Origin: Camelus dromedarius
Taxonomy: Eukaryota
Length of the DNA: 64,000 bases
Assembly: GCF_036321535.1 (NCBI RefSeq)
Contig: NC_087437.1
Coordinates: 33,792,001 to 33,856,000 of the forward strand
Direction: 5' to 3'
This document shows positions 1-12,325 of the stretch, piece by piece; positions within the stretch are counted from its first letter, which is position 1; each line of letters starts with the position of its first letter. A program made the translations under genes and the position numbers. The notes beneath the pieces were generated by a model that was not told the DNA's origin, made no database searches, and saw nothing but the letters and a program-made list of their open reading frames with translations.

Positions 1-195
1 GCTATTCAGTTTGCGCCAGGTAATGCTGGGCCCTCTGTTGAAAGGAAACCAGGAACTGAGTTGGTGACAGCAGGAATCGTGCCACCCACAGGACCATTCA
101 GCACGAGGCATGACGGGATGCTTAATGATAAGTTACGTCCTCCCACAAGGGAATTTCTGAACCTGCCATTTGAGAGCTATGCCACTGAGCTGTGA
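1..195 (+). CDS. Possible 3' end of a terminal coding exon (unidentified protein, open at the window edge)
   Basis: Frame 1 is open from base 1 to TGA at 193-195 (AIQFAPGNAGPSVERKPGTELVTAGIVPPTGPFSTRHDGMLNDKLRPPTREFLNLPFESYATEL*). The stretch is more GC/CpG-rich than its flank and is followed by AATAAA. Protein not recognised, so it may be a chance ORF. Confidence 0.3.
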   Translation, partial: AIQFAPGNAGPSVERKPGTELVTAGIVPPTGPFSTRHDGMLNDKLRPPTREFLNLPFESYATEL

Positions 196-326
196 TTCCT
201 GTAATTGAGAAAATGAAGCTCTGCCTCCCACTGAGTGATCTGTTGGGTCTTTCAATATGAGATGAAAATAAAGAAATGAACATAAAGAATGCAGATTGCA
301 GGTAAAGTTGTTTCTATAACAAAATT

Positions 327-355
327 AATAAAAGCTACTGACCTAGGTGTTTTGG
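327..355 (+). terminator. Candidate polyadenylation signal
   Basis: AATAAA at 327-332 (another at 267-272) with GT-rich GGTGTTTTGG at 346-355, downstream of the candidate stop codon. Confidence 0.2.
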
Positions 356-489
356 ATCATTTCCAGATTCCGTTGGTTTGAAGGTAGCTGAAGGATTATT
401 ATTCCGAGTACTAGGAATTAGGATACTAAAAGAAGGGCTTTGAAAGAACATGAGTTCAGAGCATTATTTATATAATCCTTTGTGGGAGT

Positions 490-2150
490 ATGCATAGCAC
501 GCATACATACAGAAAAATCATAAGTGAACAACTTGATGAATAAAATGAACACGACCGTGCGACCACCACTTAGGTCTAGAAATAGAATACTACCAGCACT
601 CGGGAAACCCACAGGGTCACCTCCTATTCATTACCCTCCCTCATCCCCAAGGGAACCACTCATCCGACTTCTATCACAAGAGATTAGCTTTGTTTTGAAC
701 TTTATATTACTACTATTATGCGTTATATTTTGTACATATATATGTATCTAAACTCTTTTCACTTCATATTATGTTCATGAGATTCCTCCAGGCAGTAGTT
801 TTTCATTTTCATTGCCATGTAGGTCCCATTGAATGAATGTGCTACAATTTATTCATCTGTTCTACTGTTTGGGGATATTTGGGCTGTTATTGATGTTATG
901 GTATTATCAACAATGCTTCAAGAGCATTCTTACACATATTGGACGTATACCTAGGGATGGAATTGCAGAGTGACAGAATGGGCGCGTGCCCAGCTTTAGT
1001 AGATGATGCCATGCAGTTTTCCAATGTACGTTTGCAGTCAACCTACGGTTCCACTATCAGTATATGAATTCCTGTTACTCACCATCACTGTATAATCAGT
1101 TTGCTTAAGTTTTAGCCATTCTGGTAGATGTGTAGTAGTATATCTCATTGACTTACTTTCCCTGATGATTGATGTGTTTGAGCCATCATTTCATATGTTT
1201 ACTGGCAATTTGAATATTCTCTCTTAGGTAATCCCTCTTTAATTTTCTTGCCAGTTTTTAAAACTGCATTGTTTTTTTCTTACTAGCATGTGGGAATTCA
1301 TTATGTATTCTATGTATGTGTCTTTTGTTAGTTATATGTATTGCAAATACCTTCTCCCATTATGTAGACTGTCTTCACTTTTTAAATGTGTCTTTGGTGA
1401 AAAAAGTTCTTAATTTTAATGTGGTCAACATTTCTTTCATATATAGCATTTTTTTTGTATCCTTTTCAAGAAATCTTTGCCTCCTGAAGGTCATAAAGAT
1501 ATCCTCCTATGTTATATCCTAGAAGCTTTATCTTTTTGCTTTCACATTCAATATACTTTTCCAATATTGGGACAATCATGATTTTCTTAATTACTTAGCT
1601 AAAGTGATCAATTATATTGATTGATTTTTGAATGTTAAACCGATGTATTCCTTGCATAAATCTATCTTTGCCATGATGTATTATTATCCCTTTTATATAT
1701 CACTCTATGTTGTTTCTAATATTTTGTTTGGGATTTTTCACATTTATGTTCATTAGTGAAATTGCTCAGAATTTACCTTTTTGGTAATATCCTTGTAAGG
1801 TATTCATATTAAGATTATGCTTACCTCAAAAAAAAATGGAAGTGTTCCCTCTTTTTCTGTCCTCTTAAAGAGTTTGTGAAAAAAATGATTTTGTTTCTCC
1901 CTTGTTTGTAAGAATGTGTTAGAAAAGCCATCTTAGCCTGAAGTTTTCTAAAGGTTTTTATTTACATATTTTATTATTTAGTTTCTTTGGTAGTTAGAGT
2001 ATTATACATATTCATTATTTTTCCTTGGGTTAGTTTTAGTAAGTTCTTTTTAAAGAATTTACCTATTTCATTTAAATTTTCAAAATTATTGTCATGAAGT
2101 CGCTCACATTATCTGTTCATTCTATTTTTAAGGCCCATAGACTCTATGTT
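490..2150 (-). mobile_element. Old L1 (L1M, L1ME-like) 3' UTR and ORF2 remnants
   Basis: T-rich antisense L1 motifs, e.g. tacaatttattcatctgttctactg, gggatggaattgcag, ttgatttttgaatgttaaacc. Confidence 0.8.
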
Positions 2151-2159
2151 AATAACCCA

Positions 2160-3070
2160 TCTTTCATGCTTGCATTGGCTCACTCTCTGTTCCTCTGCCC
2201 TACCAGAGAGCAGATATTTCCTTCTACCCCATTCTTTCTCATATCTCCTTTTAGAACTCCAATGACATGTATCTTAGGCCTATTGATATTCTCCCACAGG
2301 TCTCTGAAGCTTTGTTTATTTTTTTTTTCCACTTTCTTTCTAGCTGCTTCAGATTGGGTTATTTCTACCGATGTCTCTTTAAGTTCACTTGCCCTTTCGT
2401 CTGTCATATCCCTTCTGCTGTTAGATACGTTCATTTTTTAAAATTTCAGGTGTTGTGTATTTTTTAAGTTCTAGAATTCCATTTGATTATTTATAGTTTG
2501 AATTTCTCTGCTGAGATTTACAATCTTTGCATTCACTGTAAGCATATTTCCTTTTCACCCTTGAGCACACATATAATAGCTGCTTTAAAATTAAATGTTG
2601 CTAATTTCAATATCTGAGTCTTCCCAGGTTTAGTCTCCATAGATTTTCTTTTCTCTTGAGAATAGGTCACATTTCCTGTTTCTTCCCATGTTGAGGAATT
2701 TTGAATTAGAGCCTGGACATTGTAATTGTTATGTTGTGAGACTCTGGATTCTGTTAAGCCCCTCAGAAGAGTATTAATGTTTTTATTTTAGCCGACATTT
2801 AGCTTGGTTGGACTAAAATTGCAAACTCTGTCTCTTGAGTGGAAGCTCAAAGCTCAGTTCAATTCTTATCATTAGCTGGAGTCTGTCTCATGCACACCTG
2901 ACTCAGGGGTCAGCTAGATGTTTAGGCGAAGATTATAGAAATTGAGGCTGCTCCTCTCAGGCCTCCTCCAGAATTCCCTACTCAGCTTCTAGTGACTGTG
3001 GTTGTCCTGACCTCTATTCCCAGAATCTTCAGGCAAAAAGACAATGGGTTTTCTGCAAGAGTTACAGCTA
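2160..3070 (-). mobile_element. Old L1 ORF1 / 5' region fragment
   Basis: Minus ORF 2180-2434 (ERASELKETSVEITQSE...QSFRDLWENINRPKIHVIGV) matches the L1 ORF1p coiled-coil/RRM junction. Confidence 0.85.
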
Positions 3071-3079
3071 AACCATCAG

Positions 3080-3456
3080 GAGAGACTGAATGTTTGCCCC
3101 TCCTCCAAATTCATATGTTGAAATTCTAACCCCTAAAACCGTGTGGCTGTATTTGGATATGGGGCCTCTGTGGAAGTAATTAAGGTTAAATGAGATCTTA
3201 AGAGTGGGGTCCTGATCCAGTGGGATGAGTGTCCTTACAAAAAGAGACACACAGAGAGCTTGTGCTCTCTCGATGTGCACACAAAGAAGAGATCGTGTGA
3301 ACACACAGGGAGATGGCAGCCATCAGCACCCAACCAGACACTGCTGCTGTCTTGATCTCGGAATTTCAGTCTCTAGAACTGTGAAAAAATTAATTTCTGC
3401 TGTGTAAGTCACCTGGGTTGTTGTATTTTGTTACTGCAGCCCAAGCAATCTGACAC
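3080..3456 (+). mobile_element. MaLR LTR, MLT1A-like
   Basis: gactgaatgtttg...aaattcatatgttgaaattctaacccc...gtaattaaggttaaatgag...ttttgttactgcagcccaagc...gacaca; interrupts the L1. Confidence 0.9.
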
Positions 3457-3459
3457 AGC

Positions 3460-6350
3460 CGTGGAGCCTGATTTGGCCTGTTCTTAGGCTAAAAGCCATA
3501 TAACTAGGCAGATCACTCTGGGTCCTTCTTTTCTCCCAAATGTCAACATCCTCCCAGAATCTGCCTGCTTTTGTTAACTCTACAGTGACTTCAGGTTGTT
3601 GTTGTTTTGTATTTTGTCCAAAATTTATCCTTGTTATTTTGGAGAAGAGTCAGGTCTGGTAAGAGCTAACTTGGCTGTATAAAAACAGAACTCATGTTTA
3701 ATAATTTTATTTATATTTTCAAAGAGCCATCTCTTTTTTTGCTTCCCTCTATTTTATAATTGTTTTCTATTTCATTAATTTCTGTTTTTATCTTCATTAT
3801 CTTAAGATACCTTAAGATAATTGTCTTAATTATGCTTCTTTTTATGTGTGGGGGAGGTTTAATTTACTGAATTTTCTTCTCAGCCTGCCAAAAAGAACTT
3901 AAATCATTGATTTTTTTTTAGCCTTCTTTTTTAACACAGACAATATTGTTTAGTTGTGCTTTTCTAATCTTTTGCATTGTTTATTGGTTTTTTTGACTGC
4001 TTGTTCTATTATGTATTGAATGAGGTTATTAAAATCTCACACTATGCTTATGGGAAGGCCTATTTCTCCTTTTAGTCCTGATTTTTTGCTTTATATGTTT
4101 TTAGTGTATGTTTATAAGATTTAACTGTTCTAGATTTGAATTGTTCTGTAGCCTAGAGAATTATATTTTTTAATATTATGAAATACACATCTTTGTCTCG
4201 AGCCATACTTCTTGTTTTAAAGACTACGTTGTCTGATATTCTTACAGATAACCCCGCTTCTTTTTGCTTAATGTTGCATAGTAGTTTCTCATTCCATTTC
4301 TAGACGGAAAGTAAAAGCTTTCCATTTTCTTATATTTAAGTCTTTTTAAAATAAAAAGCATAAGGTTAGATTTTGTATCTGTATACAAATAGGTATGCAA
4401 CCTGACTATCTTCATCTCATGGTTGGAATACTATGGTATTTAGTCTATCTACATTCAGTATTTTACTGATACACTTTGCCTTAAATCTGTTATTTTACTA
4501 TCTGCTTTCTATTTGTCCATCCTATTCCGTATTTTGCTTTTTCTTCCTTTCTTACTTTTTACTAGGTTAATTAATCAAGTATTTAAAAAATTTATTCCAT
4601 TTTCTATTAGCTTGTTATTCATACATCCTGTGTAATATTTCTTATAGTTTTACTTGAGATTGACACTTGCATTCTTGACTTGTTGAAGCTACTACAAAGT
4701 TGTTTATTTACCACTTCCCAGATGATGCAAGGACTTTAGAACAATTTAAATCCTCCAACTCCCTTGTGTGCCTCATGTCCTATTATGATCTTAATTCCCT
4801 CTCTATCTGTAAAAGCTTATGACACACTGTTATTATTTTACAGTGCCAGAGTTCATATACATTTACCCGTATCTTTATCCTTTCTGTTGCTCTTTGTTTC
4901 TTCCTGTATTTCCATGCTTCTATCTGGGATCATTTTCCTTCTGCCTAAAGAAATCCTATTAGTGTCTCTGTTAGTGCAGACTTGCTGGTAACAAATTCAT
5001 CTACTTTTAGCTTTTTATTTGTTTTATATTTCATCTGAGAAAAAAGTCTTTATTTTTGCAGGATAGTTTTGCTTGGTATAGAATTCTAGATAGGCCTTCT
5101 TTTTCCCTTCCAGTTCTTGAAAATATTCCAGTGATCTGGCTTCTATTGTTTCTGTTGAAAGCTTTACTGTTGGTATTGTTCCTTTGAAGTAATATGATTT
5201 ATTTCTTCAACATCTTAGGATTTTTTTCTTTATCTTCTGCTTCACCAATTTACTGTGATGTGCTTAGATGTGATTTTCTTTGTATTTACCCACCTTACTT
5301 TTAGTAACTTCTTGAATCTAATGCCTGATCTTTTGTCAGTTTGGGGGAAAGTCTTAGCTGTTGTCTCTTTAAGTAATGTTTCTTCCCTAGTGGGACAACA
5401 ATTACATGTATCTTAACATTATACTCTATCCCATATGCACTTACGCTCTTTTCTTTATTTTTCATTCTTTTATATCTCTGTGGTTCATTTTAGATATTTT
5501 TGTCTGAACTTTTAGTTCATGCATTCTTTCTTTATCATGTTCTAACTGTTTTTAAATCCATTTATAAGCTTCTAATTTTATTTTTATGTCTCTCAGTATT
5601 AGATTTTCTATTTGATCCTTGTAACAAATAATTTCCAGTTCCCTGTTAAGATTCTCCATATTGTCATGTAATTTCTAAGTCCTTTTCTGACATCTGCCAG
5701 AAAAGCAGACCCTCTGAATCTATTTTTCTATTGTCTGTTTTTCCTTTCCCTTTTTATTTTTCAATTCTAATTTTTTCTATAGGCCTGGTTATTTTTTATT
5801 AATTGCTGGGTTTTGTAAGTGGAAACATTTTAGCGATGATTTAAGGCTCTGGATGATAGTATTGTCCTTCATGAAGACTTACTTTTCCTCTGGCAGATGT
5901 TTGAAGAGGAGTCCCTTACTTTTCAGTCAAGGACTGAGCCCATTTAAAACTGAGCTCTAGCCTTTGTGAGGGGTCATTAATTTCCATCTTGCCCTTAATC
6001 ATGGGATATAGCCCTTCAAGAGTGCAACTGAATGTCTGGAATGTTTAGCAAGGCTCCTCCTTCCTGGTGAGCCCTGAGCTGCAGTTTTCTGTGCCCTCAG
6101 TCTCTTGAGCCTTACAAAATTCTATTTGCCTTCTTAGCCTCTCAGCCGTCACATTAAAACGGCCAAATGCTTTGCCAAATATCACATTCATCTCCTTAGG
6201 TGTTCCTTCTCTCTGGGATCTTTGCTCCTCAAATTCTTCTTTTCAAATCAATTTTTCAATCTTTATTTTTCTTTCAGCTTATCTACTTTATCACACTGGT
6301 AGGGCTCGACTGATGAAAATGAGTCTACCATAGCCAGAAGTCTCCAACAG
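3460..6350 (-). mobile_element. Old L1M fragments (ORF2 start, ORF1 and 5' UTR region)
   Basis: Antisense L1M motifs: gttgtctgatatt, gatagttttgcttggtatagaattctag, tctggcttctattgtttctgttgaaa, tactgtgatgtgcttagatgtgattttctttgtattt. Confidence 0.75.
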
Positions 6351-7399
6351 ATTTTATTGGGAAAAAAAATTTTTTAAACCTTAAGATTTTAACAAGTTTA
6401 ACTGAACCACAAACTAAAAATTATGTTTTGATTTGTGTTAAAGAACCAAATGTTATTCTCTGAATTTTGACCCAATTTGTTTAAATACAACCAGTAAAAT
6501 GTTAAAGCAATGACCTTTACTTTATTTTTAATAACTTTAACAGATACTGTTTTGGTCATTAGCATGTGAGAAAGGCTCCTCTAGGAATCATGGATGAGGT
6601 AGTGCACGAGAGGGGTCCCTCTTCCACACAGCTTAAGATTTTTTAACTCTATTAAACTGAAAATTCCATATGGTTTTGGCAGTGAGATGGCTGTTAGGAA
6701 GAGGGAAATATAATGGAACCTGTATTCCCTTCATTGTGTGAGTTAGTCCCAGCTTAGATCCAACTACCCAAAGGCCTACTTATAAAGTCACCCTCTTATC
6801 TTTGCAGAACAGGCATAGCATGGAGTTGCCTGAGTGGGTCATATCCAGGCCCAAAGCAGAGAGGTGATGATCCCACAGCAAGTGAAAAGCTATGATTTGA
6901 TGAGAAGGGAAAGAAAAAAAAAAAAAAAAAAAAAGACAAAAACAGAGCATTTGGTTGAACATACTATCAGAGAGAAAAATCTTAGCAAATCAATTGAACC
7001 CAGTTGTGCTCTTAGGGTGAACTTTAAGTAATTAAAGCTGTAGAAGCAAACTTATTAACAGTTGCGAGAAAAACCATGTCACAAGGAGATGATGCCCTCA
7101 CAGACATCAGCATGTGAAAAGACTAGCATGTGGCCCACATCAAAGGTTAAGCCAGAGTTTAGTAGTTAAAGAAATCTGGACTGGACAGGTAAACCATTAG
7201 AAATCAACTTCACCCCCACAATATAATTCTACCTATTGTAAATAATTCTACTTATTGTAAATAATTATTGTGTTGGGAGTTAACTTTATATTCTTTTATT
7301 CCATAAATTATTTTTTCATTCTCAATGAGATCTTTTTATAGTATTCATAAAATCTCAAGTTAAAGAACCACTCCAACACATCATTGTTAACTAAACATC

Positions 7400-7565
7400 A
7401 GCAGCTGTTAACATGAAATCTGCAGACCCCCTTTGGTAGCTACAGACAGGCTGAAATTTTATGCCAAATTTGTGGATGTGTGAGTAAGTATTTTTCTGAG
7501 GAGAGGATTTAAAGCTTTTATCTGTTTCTTGAAAGAGTCCATAACCCCTGAATATTATTCCACTG
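7400..7565. mobile_element. hAT-Charlie-type MITE remnant
   Basis: tttttctgaggagaggatttaaagcttttatctgtttcttgaaagagtccataacccc...ccactg resembles a Charlie-family terminus. Confidence 0.55.
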
Positions 7566-7831
7566 TTATTCCATCAGTATCTGAGTTCAGGTGCCCAGAG
7601 TGAATGAAACAAGGAAAGTGATTTCTTTACAGAATCTTGCCTTCAAAAGGTTTTCTTTTAAAAGAGCATGCCAAGCTTTACAGTAGAATATGATAATATG
7701 CACCACAGTAAATCTCATCGGAACTATTATTTCAATCAAACCACCTCAAATAGCCTGCTATTGGAGCAGTTTGTTTTTCTTTTTGTTTTTAAGCAAACTG
7801 TGTTCTTTTCCTGCCTTATAATAATATCACT

Positions 7832-8713
7832 ATGAAAAAATGCTCAATATCACTAATTATCAGAGAAATGCAAATCAAAACTACAGTGAGGTATCACCTC
7901 ACACCAGTCAGAATGGCCATCATTCAAAAGTCCACAAATGACAAATGCTGGAGAGGCTGTGGAGAAAAGGGAACCCTCCTACACTGCTGGTGGGAATGCA
8001 GTTTGGTGCAGCCACTGTGGAAAACAGTATGGAGATTCCTCAAAGGACTTGGAATAGACTTACCATATGACCCAGGAATCCTGCTCCTGGGCATATATCC
8101 AGAAGGAACGCTACTTCAAAATGACACCTGCACCCCAATGTTCATAGCAGCACTATTTACAATAGCCAAGATATGGAAATAGCCTAAATGTCCATCAACA
8201 GATGACTGGATAAAGAAGATGTGCTATATTTATACAATGGAATACTATTCAGCCATAAAAACTGACAACATAACGCCATTTGCAGCAACATGGATGTCCC
8301 TGGAGAATGTCATTCTAAGTGAAGTAAGCCAGAAAGAGAAAGAAAAATACCATATGAGATCACTCATATGTGGAATCTAAAAAAAAAAAATGAAAGAACA
8401 TAAATACAAAACAGAAACAGACTCATAGACATAGAATACAAACTTGTGGTTGCCAAGGGGGTGGGGGGTGGGAAGGGACAGACTGGGAGTTCAAAATTTG
8501 TAGATACTGACAGGCATATGCAGAATAGATAAACAAGATTATACTGTATAGCACAGGGAAATATATACAAGATCTTGTGGCAGCTCACAGCGAAAAAAAA
8601 TGTGACAATGAATATATGTATGTTCATGTATAACTGAAAAATCATTCTCTACACTGGAATTTGACACAACATTGTAAAATGACTATAACTCAATAAAAAA
8701 ATGTTAAAAAAAA
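7832..8713 (+). mobile_element. Young 5'-truncated L1: ORF2 C-terminus (CCHC domain), 3' UTR and poly(A)
   Basis: [21 protein letters not shown]...[19 protein letters not shown]... has one premature TAG (8180-8182) and then continues PKCPSTDDWIKKM...ICGI* to 8380. G-rich 3' UTR tract, AATAAA and A-tail follow; flanking duplication at 7802-7832 and 8750-8777. Confidence 0.97.
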
Positions 8714-10864
8714 GCATAAATGACAAATATAAAGAAAAAAAATAAAGGGGTTCTTTTCCTGCCTTATAATATCACTAGCTTTAGTTTACTGGAAAAAAAA
8801 TCAAAAAAATCAAGATTAGAGGACTATTATTATGAAGTTAAAAGAGATTTGTTCCAATAGAATCAATATTTATAAAATTTGTTCTTCCATTATTAATTTT
8901 TAAAATAACAATGAGCCATAGAACACTTTCATTTTAAAGTCTATATAGATTGCTCAATAGAAGTGTTTAAAGCTCATATTTTTTCAAATATAGCATCTGT
9001 TAAATTTTATCATCATTGAGATTTTATCATTATACTGCTGTTAGAATGATGTTTGTAGTTTTTTCTTTTCCATTAAAAAAAGTTAACAAATTTGAATAAA
9101 ATTGGCTAAAAAAGTAATCATGAGGTCAAATTAATTTGCATTATGTTGGTACATGAAACCACATTAGGGATGCCAAAATTCAGATTAGAGGCAAGTTATC
9201 CCCAGTTGATATTGCTATAATATGGCATTAAATTATTTACAAAATTAGCTGTTGGCTAGACATTTTGTGGTACTTACAAAAGGAGAAATGTGAAATTACC
9301 TAATTGTACTTGCTTCTGGTATAGTAATTTCACGTGAACAGATATTCCTTTAGGCTGCCACACTGCATTTTAATTAGAATCCTTCATTTTTGGACAATGA
9401 CCGTGGAATAACTCCTCCGACCTTGAGTTTCTTAATCATCACTCCCTGGTAATGAAGGAATCAACAAAAGGGAGTAGTTTTCGTTTCCAAGCCTGAATGT
9501 AAATGTGACATTACTTCCATGTTTAATTGCAGTCCATTCAGTTTTAAAAGACCATTCTGCAGAATGGCTAGGGCTGAATAGAGACAATTTGTGAAAACAT
9601 TCTTTACATACAGTCAACATGTCCCTGAAAACAAATGGCAAGGCATAGGATTATGTGATAAGTATTTTTGAAAGCACTTAATCCATCCTACTTGTCTTTC
9701 AGTTATTTTTTAGAGGAAAATTACTTTCCTAAATACAAGCAGATGCAGTCTAGAGATATTTAAGATAAAATTATAAAATGGCATTGAAATGATACCTGTA
9801 ATCAAGCCCCAGCCTCTTTGGTAACCTTACCATTGATTTGAAGAACTTCCTTTATTACCTGACAAGCTTGCTCATTCTGTACATTTATTTCGATTTTGTT
9901 GGGCTTTCAGCCATGCCTGTAATGTTGCTGAGGAGTAAAATATCCTTCATAACCAGAATCATAAATCTTTCTTATAACCATGAGACTATATCTTTACGGC
10001 CATAGATCATTTTAGTTACTGTCAAAAAGTGTCATCATATCACGTTACAAATTAGAAAACTGAAAGGCAGTGCGTGGCTGACAATGCCCATTATGTGTGG
10101 ACAAGGAAAATAATTTTCCTTTCTCGTGAACCAACATTTCTAATTACAGATATTTTTTAGATTCATAGAACAAGGATATATGCTTTAGCCAAATTTTGAA
10201 AGCACAACTAGGTTAATGTGAGGAGAACTGATATTTAAAACTGATATTTATGAAAAAGTACTCAGCCAAATGGAGAAAGAAAAAAAAAAGACATGGAAAA
10301 GGAAATTCACTCTTTTTATTTTATGAGGGATGAGATGAAAGGATTACCTTTCTGATTTCAGTCTTCCATACAAAGGTTGAACCCAGGTTCAGTAATGAGA
10401 TAACTCTTGAGTTTCTTCTTGGCAAGAACCAATGATGGTCTAGATGTTCAATGTATGACCTTTATTGATATTTTGAATGTATGGTCATTATTAAGTTACT
10501 CTTCCTAGGAAAAGAAAATAGAAATTTTGATAAATAGAAATTCATTTTATTTTGATGAATGGAATGTTTAACTGTTTTGTTGCTTTATTTGAACTCTCCA
10601 CTTGCTCTCAACCTTATGTAAAAGTCATTATGTTTTTAAAGCCCCTTACTTCCTTAGAATTCATAGCATCTACTGTATCCTAATTGTGCTATTTTGATGT
10701 CATAAAACCACAGAAGAGAGCAAGCCATGGCATTTCGTGTGTGCCTGTCTCCCCTAACGTATCTATGCATGGAAGAACTTTTACAAAACTGGGGACTTGG
10801 AATGAGGGCAGTGGAAAGAGAAAAGGAGAGGAGCTTTCAGGTCCTTCTTTGTCTTTTTGTCCTT

Positions 10865-11290
10865 AAATACATTTCCCACCTTCCCTGGCTTTGCCTTGTG
10901 TTTTAGGGGTACTGACCCTAGGAAATCACTTTAACGAGGCTCCTTTGCTAACTGGCTTCCAGCTAGGTTTAGCCAATGGAGATACTGCAAGGAGGTAAGA
11001 TGCAAAAGAAAATGAGAAGCCAGGGTATGCGTCCTCCACTCACCTCCCTTAATGGTTCCTCCAGCAGCAGCTGCTTCTGCGCATGGCTCCGGCTTCCTCT
11101 AGGCAGATCCACTGTGGCTCTAGCTTCTTGGGTGGCCTTGGTTCCAAGCTTTGATGCCCCATCGCTTTCCTTTGTCTCTCCCGCACTAGGAGTGGTTTCA
11201 GCATCCTGAAGCTGCTCAGCTCTAGGCCACCTTACCTTTCCCTGCGTGCTTTTTTGGTTCAACACCTTTGATACTAGGGCATCTCCTTTT
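10865..11290. mobile_element. ERVL LTR, LTR33-like
   Basis: ctgaccct...ggctcctttgctaactggcttccagctaggtttagccaatggagatactgcaaggag...agccagggtat matches the recalled LTR33 pattern. Confidence 0.7.
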
Positions 11291-12078
11291 ATTTCCGAAG
11301 TTGCTGTTACAAATACTAAGCCCTCTTCCCTCTGTCAAATGAGTTTGCAATCCTGGGAGAGGGAGAGGGAGAGGAAAAGGAAGGGACCCAAATTGTTATG
11401 GATTCATAAACGTTTCAAGGGAAAGAAGAATACAAGTAAAACAGACATTTAACCAGCACTACTCACGTACACACATACACATACAAATATTAATTGAAAA
11501 TATATCCACTTAATCTTCTCTGCATAACTGGTCTTCCTGACCTCTGCTTTCCTTTAAGTCAAAAAGCTCAGATGGATTCAGAACAGTTCTCTGTCACCAT
11601 TCATCCACCTAGGTCCTGCAGGCCATGGGTAAGTCCTCTCTCTGGCTACCAAAAGATACAAGGAAAATCCAGTGTTGATAGTGACTCTGGCCCCAGTTGT
11701 AGTAGGAGGTTAATGAAGCTGAGGACATGTGCTTAGAGAGCCTGAAACTCCCACTGAGAGTTAATTTTGTTTGCCGTTTCCAAATGGTCTTTGTGGTCAT
11801 TAGGCTTGCTGCTGTTTGGCACTTGACACATTTTATTTTTACTTTTGGCTTTTGTCATACAGGGTTCAGAGCTGAAAGCATCTACTTCTTAAAACTACTG
11901 AGTGATTTTCTAATGGTCACAGTATGTGGGAACTGGGCAGTCTGCAAAACTAAATGTCATTTGGCACAAATTATACCGGGTAATTTATAACCAATCTAAC
12001 TGCTCTTTCTTGAAGAGCAAATCCTCTGTGTGTGTGTGTGTATGCATATACTGAGAGTGAGAGTCAAGTCTCATATTT

Positions 12079-12325
12079 ATTTTTTTTAATTGAAATGTAG
12101 TCAGTTTACAATGTGTCCATTTCTGGTGTACAGTATAATGTTTCAGTCATATATATACATACATATATTCCTTTTCATATTCTTTTCCATTATAGGCTAC
12201 TACAAGATTTTGAATATATTTCCCTGTGCTGTAGAGTAGAAACTTGTTGTTTACCTATTTTATATGTAGTAGTTAGTGTCTGCAAATCTCGAACTCCCAG
12301 TTTATCCCTTCCTACCCACTTCCCC
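12079..12325 (-). mobile_element. L1 3' UTR fragment (artiodactyl/camelid type) with TSD
   Basis: T-tail then gtagtcagtttacaatgtg...ctggtgtacag...; TSD caagtctcat(a/g)ttt at 12065-12078 and 12326-12339. Confidence 0.92.

Noticed and set aside
6911..6933. Isolated poly(A) runs (also 53078-53103) as processed-pseudogene tails
   Set aside because: No TSD, no nearby upstream AATAAA and no recognisable mRNA body.
7223..7266. Short tandem duplications (19-mer here; also 14039-14072, about 25529-25558 and 46931-46980)
   Set aside because: Two to three copies each, consistent with ordinary replication slippage. No CRISPR-like repeat-spacer structure, and the DNA is eukaryotic.
9290..9333. 10-bp inverted repeat GTGAAATTAC/GTAATTTCAC
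   Set aside because: Stem too short and AT-rich for a pre-miRNA, and expected by chance at this scale.
11537..11634. Plus-strand exon-like unit 11559-11628 ending ATGG|gtaagt
   Set aside because: Weak AAG acceptor, unrecognisable peptide and no compatible partner exon.
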